Shown here: positions 1 through 8,962 of the stretch, piece after piece
Numbering within the stretch: position 1 is the first letter of the stretch
Layout: every line of letters starts with the position of its first letter
Virus record (IMG/VR): IMGVR_UViG_3300050159_000014
Span: 1-31,662 of that record
Reading direction: 5' to 3' (one strand)
Length of the DNA stretch: 31,662 nt
From: a virus
Lineage: Duplodnaviria > Caudoviricetes
Made by a program: the position numbers and the translations under genes
Notes under the pieces: generated by a model
The model's database searches: none
Told to the model about the DNA's origin: nothing
Seen by the model: the letters and a program-made list of their open reading frames with translations, nothing else

Positions 1-23
1 GTCCAATCCACGCTGCCGTTCCA

Positions 24-96
24 TGTGGTCTATCTGCTTCGGGTTGCATGCATAAAACGAGCGCGAGATAGACCACAAAGAAAGGGTAACCTTTCT
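24..96. other. Two adjacent stem-loops (unassigned structured element)
   Basis: TGTGGTCTATCT (24-35) is the exact reverse complement of AGATAGACCACA (66-77). A second hairpin, AGAAAGG-GTAA-CCTTTCT, lies at 79-96. Both sit downstream of the minus-strand ORF ending at 105. Confidence 0.45.
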
Positions 97-104
97 AAGT
101 ATTA

Positions 105-368
105 TTAATTTACAATTCCCCAATCGTCAGCTAGAACATCTGTCTGAGAGGCTAACCAAGGAACGATTTGATTGTCTGCAGTCTTCATATCAATATGGGC
201 ATGATATTTAACTTCAGTCCCTTCGGGATAGATTCCTAATAGAGGAGCTCTATTAACTTTGAATGTTGATCCTGGCACAAGAAATATAAACATTCCCTTG
301 CCGTTCCATCCATCTCGTGATACTTTATTACCTTGTTTTAATAGATTTAATGCTTCTGAAAAATTCAT
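105..368 (-). CDS. DUF2829 family protein, Tad2-like (Thoeris/CBASS anti-defence signal sponge)
   Basis: MNFSEALNLLKQGNKVSRDGWNGKGMFIFL...WLASQTDVLADDW matches the DUF2829 pattern. Start moved to the ATG at 368 (AAGGA upstream); 87 aa. Confidence 0.8.
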   Translation of the reverse strand: MNFSEALNLLKQGNKVSRDGWNGKGMFIFLVPGSTFKVNRAPLLGIYPEGTEVKYHAHIDMKTADNQIVPWLASQTDVLADDWGIVN

Positions 369-412
369 TTTTAATTTCCTTTTATTGTTTCTTGTATTAT
401 ATATCAATAAAT

Positions 413-1321
413 CTATACACTAAACGGATACTTGATAGCTGGGTGATGCTGATAATTCTCTACAGTCACATCATCTAGTGTAAATATTGTTTCTACATCC
501 TCTAAAGTCTTAATACGAGGATTAATAGTCATCGTAGGAGGGTCAAAAGGAATTCTAGAAGCCTCCACTTGTGCAAGTTCGTATTGATCTTCATAGATAT
601 GAGCATTAACAATCTTGTGATATACTTTACCAGGTTTGTTTCCTGTAATCTGTGCCATAAGTTGAAGAAAGAAATAAGTCTGAACTAAATTGAAATTTAC
701 TCCCAAACAAAAATCCGCACTCCTCTGATTACTTGTAAGATGAAGTGTTCCGTTCACCAAAGAGAATGTATGAGTATGAACACAAGGTCTTAGGCAACCC
801 ATATGAAATTCTCCAACATTGTAGAATGAAAGAATTTCTCCTCTATCATCAATTCCATTTTTTAAGTTATCATAGATTTTTTTGAGTTGGTCTATCTCTG
901 ACGGTACCTTCCTTTCAAAGGAACCTTCTTCAATTTGATCAGCACAAGCTTCTTCTATAAAATCTAATATATGACCTTCTGGAGTCTTCCAATGTCTTCC
1001 CTGAACTCCGTAAACCCTGCCCATATCATCTTCAGACTTGCGATGAGGATTATTCAGCCAAACCTTATTCTCGTTTGCATTGGCATCCCATGTAGTAGTT
1101 CCCAATGCTCTAAAATCAGCCGCAGAAGAATATCCACGAATGTATCCAACAAACTCTGCAACAGCAGATTTCCAATAGGATTTTCTTGTAGTGACTAGAG
1201 GACAATAATCAAACTCCATATCAGCATTGATAATAGTTTTACATTTCTTCCCTGTGCGTTCGTTGTATATCCATTCACCCTCATTGATGATACGATTCAT
1301 TAGTTCTGTATATTGTTTCAT
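413..1321 (-). CDS. thyA: Thymidylate synthase
   Basis: RTG motif, VYGVQGR, catalytic [17 protein letters not shown] and HIYEDQ. Confidence 0.97.
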   Translation of the reverse strand: MKQYTELMNRIINEGEWIYNERTGKKCKTIINADMEFDYCPLVTTRKSYWKSAVAEFVGYIRGYSSAADFRALGTTTWDANANENKVWLNNPHRKSEDDMGRVYGVQGRHWKTPEGHILDFIEEACADQIEEGSFERKVPSEIDQLKKIYDNLKNGIDDRGEILSFYNVGEFHMGCLRPCVHTHTFSLVNGTLHLTSNQRSADFCLGVNFNLVQTYFFLQLMAQITGNKPGKVYHKIVNAHIYEDQYELAQVEASRIPFDPPTMTINPRIKTLEDVETIFTLDDVTVENYQHHPAIKYPFSV

Positions 1322-1507
1322 TTATTTTATTCCGTCTCTATATTTGTAGTTATTAATAATATAATTTGCTCTTTTAATGATGTTCTCAAATCGTTCATTT
1401 GTACATCCATAGGTAGGAGATTCGCTTCCTTGTATAGATAAAAGTTCTTCTAACACATTTAGAGTTTCTGAATATTTTAGATGTAAGTCATCATCTTGCC
1501 CGAGCAT
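1322..1507 (-). CDS. Hypothetical protein
   Basis: 61-aa ORF abutting thyA, with an AAGGA RBS. Confidence 0.7.
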   Translation of the reverse strand: MLGQDDDLHLKYSETLNVLEELLSIQGSESPTYGCTNERFENIIKRANYIINNYKYRDGIK

Positions 1508-1511
1508 TTTA

Positions 1512-1667
1512 TTATCCTTTAAATTTTATGCATATGGTTATTAAACTTGGTTCTCTGTAAACTCTATAAACGAATGGCAAACTTCTAGAAGTAGGTCTTC
1601 TGTAAGGAATAAACCATTTATTAAATAATTGAATACCGTCATAAGCAAAAATTATCCATCTATTCAT
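1512..1667 (-). CDS. Small hypothetical protein (not in ORF track)
   Basis: Hand translation MNRWIIFAYDGIQLFNKWFIPYRRPTSRSLPFVYRVYREPSLITICIKFKG (51 aa). It fills the gap and its start overlaps the upstream stop. Confidence 0.55.
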   Translation of the reverse strand: MNRWIIFAYDGIQLFNKWFIPYRRPTSRSLPFVYRVYREPSLITICIKFKG

Positions 1668-1992
1668 TTATTTTTGCTTTCTTAGATTGTGCAACTAAAT
1701 CGTTTAAAATCTTTGCATGGGCTTGGTTGCATTTATCAACGTCTTCAGTTATATCATAAAAATCTACATTCTTTCTTTTGCATTTTTGTAAAGTGTATCC
1801 TCGTTGAGCCATGAACCAAAGAAACCAGTCTATAACATAGATCTGCCCTTGAACCCAACTAGGCTTATCGTCAGCTCCTTCATCCTCGCAATAAAACGAA
1901 TGCATAATCTTAAAGATCTCTTTTTGGTCATGAAAATCTCTTAGTATTTTAGGTAGGTGTTTACCGCTTTTTGTAAATTCATAGGGAGTCAT
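1660..1992 (-). CDS. Conserved-looking phage hypothetical protein
   Basis: Likely start MTPYEF at 1992; motifs HLPxxLRDFHDQK and YVIDWFLWFMAQRGYTLQK. Confidence 0.75.
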   Translation of the reverse strand: MTPYEFTKSGKHLPKILRDFHDQKEIFKIMHSFYCEDEGADDKPSWVQGQIYVIDWFLWFMAQRGYTLQKCKRKNVDFYDITEDVDKCNQAHAKILNDLVAQSKKAKINE

Positions 1993-2431
1993 TTTGAGAC
2001 CTTTCATAAGCAATAGCCTGAATGATCGCATGAAGTTCCGCCAATTCCTCTGTTCCTACTTTTTTAGGGTTAAGGAAAGGGTCACTATAAATTAATTCCT
2101 TATCTTTTCCACGCCACAGAGTGCAACTAAAACCTCCCTGCGCGTATGAGATGCCAGCATGGTCCAAATACCATCCCTCGGGTCTAATCGCCTTTAAAGC
2201 GTCTCTGCTTCGCGTAAAATCAATTTCGTTTTTATTATACGAACGATGAAGGTCAACTTCTTCCCTCAAAGCATTCATAGCATACACGGAACCATCATAA
2301 TCAATTTCAATGATATGGACATCTGCTCCAGCGATATATCCTAACGTTAATATATTGATTTTATCCAGTGTTGTCGTATCATCTGGATTAACTTCTTCAA
2401 TCATACTTAAAATTGCTTCATGAACTTTCAT
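1979..2431 (-). CDS. Hypothetical protein, possible phage ABA-sandwich-like domain
   Basis: DFTRSRDALKAIRPEGW...TEELAELHAIIQAI resembles the YST-xxAA-W...TxxLA-xxAxL layout of that family; recognised by eye only. Confidence 0.55.
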   Translation of the reverse strand: MKVHEAILSMIEEVNPDDTTTLDKINILTLGYIAGADVHIIEIDYDGSVYAMNALREEVDLHRSYNKNEIDFTRSRDALKAIRPEGWYLDHAGISYAQGGFSCTLWRGKDKELIYSDPFLNPKKVGTEELAELHAIIQAIAYERSQNDSL

Positions 2432-2436
2432 ATCAA

Positions 2437-2679
2437 TTATTTTCCTAGTCTGGTGTTAAATTCTACGAATTTTATAAAGAACTTCTTACAATAATCTATT
2501 AAAGCCCACGTCCAAAATACAGGGAATAGTATAGTTCCCGCTAAAACTACTGGAGTATTATACGGATACAACATGCAGCTGTGAGGATTGGTTCTAATAG
2601 CGATCAAGTAGTCCAATAACACAGTCAACAGTCCTATAGAAATGTATATGATACACAACTGAATAATTATAATAGTCAT
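2437..2679 (-). CDS. Small membrane protein
   Basis: Two hydrophobic segments, YISIG...LFPVFW. Confidence 0.7.
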   Translation of the reverse strand: MTIIIIQLCIIYISIGLLTVLLDYLIAIRTNPHSCMLYPYNTPVVLAGTILFPVFWTWALIDYCKKFFIKFVEFNTRLGK

Positions 2680-2906
2680 TTGGAACGATCTTTCTTTAGA
2701 CTCCTAACTTTATCATTGTATTCAACCATCTTATAGAATCCCTGCTCTATCCTCCAACATACGATAATAACCCACCACAAAGGCCATAGAGCAATTGCTA
2801 TAAAGTTTAACACTGGAACATATAAATGTCTCTGATCGTCTCTCAAATACATTAGAAATAATGTCATTACCCCTATGGAGATATAATATCCTAACAATAC
2901 AATCAT
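2676..2906 (-). CDS. Small membrane protein, probable paralogue of 2437..2679
   Basis: Shares YISIG, a second hydrophobic segment with LWPLWW, and FxKxVE(Y/F)N; ATGA overlaps with neighbours. Confidence 0.7.
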   Translation of the reverse strand: MIVLLGYYISIGVMTLFLMYLRDDQRHLYVPVLNFIAIALWPLWWVIIVCWRIEQGFYKMVEYNDKVRSLKKDRSK

Positions 2907-3139
2907 GTAGACCTTTCGATATATTCGTTTAGAGTTTTTAGATCATCTTCGGAGAGCTTGTAAGCATTCACAACATGAACAGAGTTGACGTCAGTAATAG
3001 AATGCTCGTTATCTTCTATGCCGTAATGTATTTGTTTATGGTTCATTACAAGAGTGAACTCCAAAGGAGGCATTTCAGATATGGTTGTTTGGGTTATATT
3101 ACCATAAACCGACTGTGTAATATAAGATATCATCCACAT
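2903..3139 (-). CDS. Hypothetical protein
   Basis: 78-aa ORF with a GAGG RBS and an overlapping neighbour. Confidence 0.7.
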   Translation of the reverse strand: MWMISYITQSVYGNITQTTISEMPPLEFTLVMNHKQIHYGIEDNEHSITDVNSVHVVNAYKLSEDDLKTLNEYIERST

Positions 3140-3203
3140 TAGCGGTATTCCTCTCTAGTAATTCTAGTATTAATAAATTTAGCAAATTGATTCTCTACGA
3201 TCA

Positions 3204-3374
3204 CTATAAAACATCCACCACTTCTTTGGCTATATTAAGATATTGCTGAGCATATTTCCAGATTAAAGCAGCTTCATCAGCTTTAATATGGGACAAGGTA
3301 TGCTCGCATGCTTCTTGATTGGATGAGGGGTACTTGTTAAGAATTTCTTCGAGTTTCTTTAGTTCACTGTTCAT
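3204..3374 (-). CDS. Small hypothetical protein (not in ORF track)
   Basis: Hand translation MNSELKKLEEILNKYPSSNQEACEHTLSHIKADEAALIWKYAQQYLNIAKEVVDVL (56 aa), tightly packed in the operon. Confidence 0.65.
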   Translation of the reverse strand: MNSELKKLEEILNKYPSSNQEACEHTLSHIKADEAALIWKYAQQYLNIAKEVVDVL

Positions 3375-3378
3375 AGGA

Positions 3379-3630
3379 CTACTCAGCTATTGGGCTACTG
3401 GAGGAGATAATCTTGTTGTATTCGTCCGAAGAGTACCAAATATCTCCGAGTTTAGTGTAACAAGATAACCCCACATATTTGGTTTCTCTGCCCGTAACTT
3501 CAGCATACGTCGAACAATTATACCAATCTACTACGGACGTCATTAAGATTATAACACCGAAGAGAGTACCTAAGCTTAAAGCTGCAGCAACTGCAGTTTG
3601 TATAGAATCTAGCATAATATGAACCTTCAC
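3379..3630 (-). CDS. Small membrane-anchored protein
   Basis: N-terminal hydrophobic helix followed by a C...TGRETKY...C segment; exact start uncertain. Confidence 0.65.
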   Translation of the reverse strand: MKVHIMLDSIQTAVAAALSLGTLFGVIILMTSVVDWYNCSTYAEVTGRETKYVGLSCYTKLGDIWYSSDEYNKIISSSSPIAE

Positions 3631-3683
3631 AATAATTAAATTTAATACACATGTTATACAATTTTAGATAAAAATCAACGCTA

Positions 3684-3812
3684 TTATGCTGCAAATTTCT
3701 TATCAATAATGGTTTTAACGTTAATATAGTCCTTGGTCTTATAAGTAGCTCCGCAACGGAATGTAATAATATACATTTGACGTTTGATATCAAAAGTTAC
3801 ATCTTTAATCAT
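3684..3812 (-). CDS. Small early protein (not in ORF track)
   Basis: AGGAGA RBS, then MIKDVTFDIKRQMYIITFRCGATYKTKDYINVKTIIDKKFAA (42 aa), directly downstream of a sigma70-like promoter. Confidence 0.65.
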   Translation of the reverse strand: MIKDVTFDIKRQMYIITFRCGATYKTKDYINVKTIIDKKFAA

Positions 3813-3849
3813 GAACAATTCTCCTACAAAACGTTTAAACAATAAAATC

Positions 3850-3877
3850 ATTATAAAGCTTTCTTTCGTTAAATCAA
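3850..3877 (-). promoter_or_regulatory. Sigma70-like early promoter
   Basis: TTGATT-N16-TATAAT on the minus strand with AT-rich upstream sequence. Confidence 0.6.
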
Positions 3878-3926
3878 TACATATTTTTAAATATAATCCA
3901 AAATATTTAAAAAGGTATTAAACAAT

Positions 3927-3958
3927 AAAAAAGAAGATGAAATAATCCATCTTCTTTT
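3927..3958 (-). terminator. Intrinsic terminator
   Basis: AAAAGAAGATG / CATCTTCTTTT inverted repeat with T-tails on both strands, just after the stop at 3987. Confidence 0.65.
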
Positions 3959-3986
3959 AAAAATACATATCGATATTAATATTAGA

Positions 3987-4184
3987 TTATGCTTTACGCC
4001 AAACTCGGGTACCTGAAGTACCGTTGCGGGTAACGTCTTGCTTTGCAGTGATTGTATATCCTAAGCTATTAGCTGCTGGATAGATATCATTACGAAGTTC
4101 ATATGGGGTTTTATCTGCAATGAAAAGAGATTTGCCTACTGCAAGTTTAGCCAATTTTAATGATGTTTTATTTGATTTTACCAT
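3987..4184 (-). CDS. Small basic phage protein (GTRVWR motif), possibly DNA-binding
   Basis: AAGGAG RBS; LxVGxSxF...GxRVWR pattern; 65 aa. Confidence 0.7.
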   Translation of the reverse strand: MVKSNKTSLKLAKLAVGKSLFIADKTPYELRNDIYPAANSLGYTITAKQDVTRNGTSGTRVWRKA

Positions 4185-4247
4185 CTTTTTAATAACTCCT
4201 TATTTTATATAGATGAGCTGATTTGTATTTTAATAATAGTATAAAAA

Positions 4248-4505
4248 TTATAAATTGTCAACTATAGTTTCTAGTTCTTGTCTAGACAATGCCCCAGAAA
4301 CTCTGTGAATTTCACTATCATCTTGATCTATAAAGATAAGAGTAGGGACAGCTCTAACATTCCATTTAGAAAGCTCTTCTGGGCTGTTATCAGCATCTAG
4401 ATAGACAACTTCAATATTTTTATCCTTTGAGACTTCTTCAACGATGGGTCCTAACACTTTGCAAGGACCACACCAAGAAGCTTTAAACATAATAACTCTA
4501 CTCAT
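4248..4505 (-). CDS. trxA: Thioredoxin
   Basis: WCGPC active site and VRAVPTL cis-Pro motif. Confidence 0.95.
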   Translation of the reverse strand: MSRVIMFKASWCGPCKVLGPIVEEVSKDKNIEVVYLDADNSPEELSKWNVRAVPTLIFIDQDDSEIHRVSGALSRQELETIVDNL

Positions 4506-4507
4506 AA

Positions 4508-4765
4508 TTATTCGAAAATTCCTATAATTTTGGATTCTTTGACGAGGATAAAATCTCCATCATCTAACTTTACCTTTTGAAACTCTCCAAGTTCAAATTG
4601 AACAACATTTCCTACAGTAACGTCGATGCATTTAGTCCCTACTGCTAGCACTGTACCAGATTGTGGAGGCCTATTAGCAACGGATTCAACGATGATCGAT
4701 CCAATCTTGTTAGAAGCTTCGTCTTGTTTAATTAAAACATAATCGTTTAATGGATTAAATTTCAT
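4508..4765 (-). CDS. groES: GroES-like co-chaperonin
   Basis: PLNDYVLIK, GSII mobile loop, GTVLAVG and VKESKIIG. Confidence 0.92.
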   Translation of the reverse strand: MKFNPLNDYVLIKQDEASNKIGSIIVESVANRPPQSGTVLAVGTKCIDVTVGNVVQFELGEFQKVKLDDGDFILVKESKIIGIFE

Positions 4766-4766
4766 T

Positions 4767-5012
4767 CTATAGACCTGCTTGCTTTCTACGGATTTCTCTT
4801 AACATTGACCCTGTATATTTGCTGTTCTTGTTCCATCCAACAAAACGGTTAATGTTAACTTTTTTACCGCCGGGAGCATCTTGTTGACCCACAATAATCC
4901 AGTTAGTCTTCTGAGAAAATTCTTCCCAGTTTGTAACATTAAGATCCCCGTCGATAATAGGCTTCAATTGAGTTGGTTGATCTAAAGTGGTTTCTTCTTC
5001 GTTATTATTCAT
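4767..5012 (-). CDS. Hypothetical protein
   Basis: 81-aa ORF tightly packed in the operon. Confidence 0.7.
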   Translation of the reverse strand: MNNNEEETTLDQPTQLKPIIDGDLNVTNWEEFSQKTNWIIVGQQDAPGGKKVNINRFVGWNKNSKYTGSMLREIRRKQAGL

Positions 5013-5016
5013 TTTA

Positions 5017-5247
5017 TTAAATATCCTTTACTGTTATTAATATTAGAATTGATTTGAAATTTGTTTCTGATTCATACACATACTGTCCAGTTTGTTTCAT
5101 CTTAAATGCGTCTACAAATTCATTATAGTCGATGTCCATCTCTAAGAATGATTTAGCCTTATTATAAATGTCCTCAATGTTGTTAGAAGAAAACAATAAA
5201 GCATACTTTGCAGGTATTGTAGTGTCGAATATAGTATATAAAATCAT
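5017..5247 (-). CDS. Hypothetical protein
   Basis: 76-aa ORF immediately after gp46. Confidence 0.7.
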   Translation of the reverse strand: MILYTIFDTTIPAKYALLFSSNNIEDIYNKAKSFLEMDIDYNEFVDAFKMKQTGQYVYESETNFKSILILITVKDI

Positions 5248-5248
5248 T

Positions 5249-6941
5249 TTATGGTTGACCTTGTATTGTTGCTGGTGGTTTTATTCTTGAAAAATTCCCG
5301 TGTTTTTCCATTTCTATGACAGATCTTACTTTAGATGTTAAATCTGTCTTGTGGCTGACTATAAACACGTTTGTATTTGGTCCACAATTCGTTAGAATAT
5401 TTAGAAATTCTTCAGTTGCATTAGCGTCTAGACTACTATCGAACACTTCATCTAAAAATAATAAATTTGTATTTGTAGTATTCTTAGCCTTAGCGATTTC
5501 TCTCCAAGTTAAGAGAAGAGCATTGTCAATTCTACATTTTTCTCCCTCGCTGAAGATCATGTATTTAAACTTATCTCTATAACGAGACTGAATGACTTCG
5601 TCAAAGTTTTCATCCAATGTAAACTGAATAGGTAATCCCAAGAGATTTAAGTATTCATTGACATGGAAATTAATCTGAGGAATATACTGCTCTATGATCT
5701 TAGCTTTAATTCCATCATCTTTCAACAATTTTTGAACGATATCGTAACGTTGCTTTACCTTATCTTGCTGATCATATAACGACTTAACAGTTTGAATCTC
5801 TTGTTCTAGAATACTAAGATCAGTAAGATTCTTTGAAGTATTGTTTAGAAGTTCTGTTATATCATTTTCTATAGAAGCTTTAGAATTTGTTAAAAACTTC
5901 TTTCTAGATAGTTCATCAGCTAGTTTCTGTTTGAGATCTTGAATCAATGCAGATGCTTTGTTATTGTCTGCTATAATGACATCTAAAGCTTTAATATCCT
6001 CAGCTAATTGGTGATCTACTTCATTGTACTTACTAACGTTGCCTGTCAGGCTATTGATAACATTAGATTTATGATTAGGATCTATATTTTGCTTACAAGA
6101 CGGGCAGGCATCATGAGACGTAAAGAATTCCATGTTCTCCAACTCAGTCTTGATACGACCTTCTAGAGTATATTTTAATTTTCTCTTATTGTCCCTTAGA
6201 ATAGTATACTTATCATCTATCTGAGATGCTATCGAAGCTATCTGTGTAGTTAATTGATCTATCTGAGCTTCATTTCCTTCTAAATCAACCTCAATAGATT
6301 TCAGAGAGGATTCTAGAGAAGACTTTTTGACTAAAGAGTCTTGATGCTTTTTTCTCTTGTAGAAGGGAGTATTTAGATTCAAGATCCTTTAATGTCTCAT
6401 TTACAGAAGACAGCTTCCCTTTCAGAAGAATATTCATAGTAGAAAAGATTTTAATATCTAGGAGATCTTCAATAACTTCTCGTCTCTTAGATGTATCCAG
6501 TTGCATAAAAGGAACGTAATTGGCAGATCCGATTAAGACAATCTGTTTAAATGCGTTTTCATTCATTCCTAAAATAATAGTTTCTAGAAACTCCTGATAA
6601 TCTCTAGTATCAGATGCTTGATTGAGTAGTTTAGAATCTTCGTAAATCTCAAAGATGTTTGGTTTAATTCCTCTGATAATTCTATAGTGTTTACCCTTGG
6701 AAGTAAAATTCAATTCAACTTCAAGACCTTTACCGTTTATAGAATTTACAAGATCAGGTTTATTAATTTTCCTATAAGGTTTGCCGTAGAGAGCAAAATT
6801 AATCCCGTCCAATACCAAGCTTTTACCGGCTCCATTGGAACCTATAATCACAGTTGTTGGAGACTTATCTAAAACAATCTCAACAGGCGTATTGCCTACT
6901 GATAAGAAATTTTTAACTTTAATAGAGTGAAAATGAATCAT
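5249..6941 (-). CDS. 46: gp46 recombination ATPase (Rad50/SbcC-like), interrupted by a one-base frame break near 6350
   Basis: Walker A GSNGAGKS is in 6291..6941; the CPSC zinc hook, FSEGE signature, LLFLDE Walker B and SHK are in 5249..6382. The span of 1693 nt equals 564 codons + 1 nt. Confidence 0.93.
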
Positions 6942-6942
6942 T

Positions 6943-7992
6943 TTATATAACAGAAGCCTCTAAATAAAGATTGTCTAAGATTTTTTTAATTTCATCTTTT
7001 TCGAGAGTATTGTCATTAATATTATCAACATAATCATTCATAAGATCTCTAGTTGAACTGCTGGTTGCTGTAAATGATGTTGGAGTTATATTAACGTAAA
7101 GAGTTGTATCATACACTACTAAATCGATAGTATCAACCTTGTAAAGAGTATCTATAAATTTATCATATTTTTTTAAGTCGGTTTTGACAGAAACGTGAAC
7201 TTGTACAAACTTCCCTTTATAATCATTATAGGGAAACGACCTTTCGTCAATAGTATTTTCATCGTAAAAAATCTTTTCAAATAAAGTATGAGGATTCCTA
7301 ACAAAAGTTACTTGCTGCGTGTCCGTATCGAACACAGAGAATCCTCTAGGGCATCCATAATCCGCCCAAGAAAACTCTGTAGGGGCTCCTAGATATTTAA
7401 TATTATCTTGTTCAGATGGTTGGTGAAAATGTCCAGTCCAAACCTCTTTATATTTCTTAAACAACGCTCTATCCATTCCGTGCTCATTTTTAATACCGGA
7501 ATGCATCTCGAATCCTGCTAGCTCTAGATGACCATACAAGAACTCAGCATTGTCTTTTTGAACATATCTCATAAAATCATGATAGTTAGAATTATTCAAC
7601 CAAGGAAGCATTGTGATATTAACTTCTTCGAATTTAAGAGTTTTAGGTTCTTCAATGATCTCTATATTATCATAAGATGTTAAAAGCTCGTTGATAGAGG
7701 ATACATCATTTACGTTTTTGAAATGGACATCATGGTTCCCCGGAATCATATACATCTTAATCCCGGCAGCCTTTAGAGGATCAAAGAACATCCTTTTAGA
7801 TTTTCGGAGAGATAGTATATTGATTTCCTTGCGGTCATCAAACGTATCTCCACCGTTTAATACGACCTTGATATTATTAGCCTTTAAATATGGAAAGAAT
7901 ATAGTATCATAGAACTTCTTCTGATAATCCTGCATCCATATAGCAGAACTTCTAGCATCAAAGTGGATGTCGTTAATCAGCGCTATCTTCAT
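6943..7992 (-). CDS. 47: gp47 recombination nuclease (Mre11/SbcD-like)
   Basis: DIHF, GDTFD, GNHD, GH and GHFH metallophosphoesterase motifs; adjacent to gp46. Confidence 0.95.
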   Translation of the reverse strand: MKIALINDIHFDARSSAIWMQDYQKKFYDTIFFPYLKANNIKVVLNGGDTFDDRKEINILSLRKSKRMFFDPLKAAGIKMYMIPGNHDVHFKNVNDVSSINELLTSYDNIEIIEEPKTLKFEEVNITMLPWLNNSNYHDFMRYVQKDNAEFLYGHLELAGFEMHSGIKNEHGMDRALFKKYKEVWTGHFHQPSEQDNIKYLGAPTEFSWADYGCPRGFSVFDTDTQQVTFVRNPHTLFEKIFYDENTIDERSFPYNDYKGKFVQVHVSVKTDLKKYDKFIDTLYKVDTIDLVVYDTTLYVNITPTSFTATSSSTRDLMNDYVDNINDNTLEKDEIKKILDNLYLEASVI

Positions 7993-8677
7993 CTTCTACA
8001 AATTCCTCTATATTATAAAAAACTTCTTCATCATTTACGAAAGAATCTATAATAGCAGGAGAATCATCTACAGTCAAGCTCTCTAATTGTTTAATGATCT
8101 CTTCTTTGTCTTTCATCTTTTGTTGATGAAACTTTGTCATCTTTTTGAGAGGTTTGAACTTATCATCTACACCTTTTGTAACGTTATCGACATGTTCCTT
8201 GAGAAAATCTAGATATGTATTTGTATATTCCGCATCGTCGGATCCTTGTTGGATACTATCCATACTATCTAAAATACCAGAGTTCTTTACAATCTCTGCT
8301 TTAATTTCCTTCTGCTTTTTCTCCGCCTTTAAACGTCTTACAGCAGCAAAATAAGCTATTTGTGTGAAATATGCAAAAGGATTCATAGACTTTGCTGGAT
8401 CAAATCTATAGAACGATCTGATACAATTCTCTATACCGTCCCCAATCATTTCATCTTTATACGAATAATTACAGAAATTTGGAGATTTCATTAGATTGTT
8501 GCAAATTAATAAGACAGCTTCCCCTATGTAATTAGGAAGCCTCGGCTGAGGTTTGTTGTGAAGTAGAGCTAATTCAATATCATTATAATGATCTATAATA
8601 GCATTATAGAGTTCTATATTGTTTATATAATCGTTTTTAGGCTTTCTTTTAGCAACTTGTTTTACAGGTTTGTTCAT
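7973..8677 (-). CDS. 55: gp55 late-transcription sigma factor
   Basis: YINNxELY, YIGE, PNFxNYSYKDEMIGDGIENC and NPFAYFTQIAYFA. Confidence 0.95.
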   Translation of the reverse strand: MNKPVKQVAKRKPKNDYINNIELYNAIIDHYNDIELALLHNKPQPRLPNYIGEAVLLICNNLMKSPNFCNYSYKDEMIGDGIENCIRSFYRFDPAKSMNPFAYFTQIAYFAAVRRLKAEKKQKEIKAEIVKNSGILDSMDSIQQGSDDAEYTNTYLDFLKEHVDNVTKGVDDKFKPLKKMTKFHQQKMKDKEEIIKQLESLTVDDSPAIIDSFVNDEEVFYNIEEFVEDEDSAD

Positions 8678-8880
8678 TGATTTTCTATAGTTAATTAGTT
8701 GTTATTAGTATACAATTTTATTATAGAAAATATATTATATAAACTCAACTAAAATAACTGTTGAACAATTATACTTTTTATATTATAATCATTAAGTATT
8801 TAATGAAATGGTGTAAATATCTTAAAGTTTCTTTAAAGAAATCTTATAAGATCTTCTTGGAAATAATTTCTAAACACCAG

Positions 8881-8908
8881 TTGACTCCTTCAAAAACCTC
8901 TATATTAT
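8881..8908 (+). promoter_or_regulatory. Sigma70-like early promoter in the divergent intergenic region
   Basis: TTGACT-N16-TATTAT. A second candidate, TTGAAC-N17-TATAAT, lies at 8761-8789. Confidence 0.55.
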
Positions 8909-8962
8909 ATTTTTATAAGTTAAATCTATCAAACATAAATTATATAATTACGGAGAATCAAA

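Noticed and set aside
6346-6354. Programmed -1 frameshift at A_AAA_AAG in gp46
   Set aside because: The heptamer is phased in the downstream frame and the required shift is +1.
971-8354. Plus-strand shadow ORFs (971, 5316, 6687, 7691, 8145) and the off-frame ORF 3518..3793
   Set aside because: They overlap well-supported genes (thyA, 46, 47, 55 and the small ORFs) and have no independent evidence.
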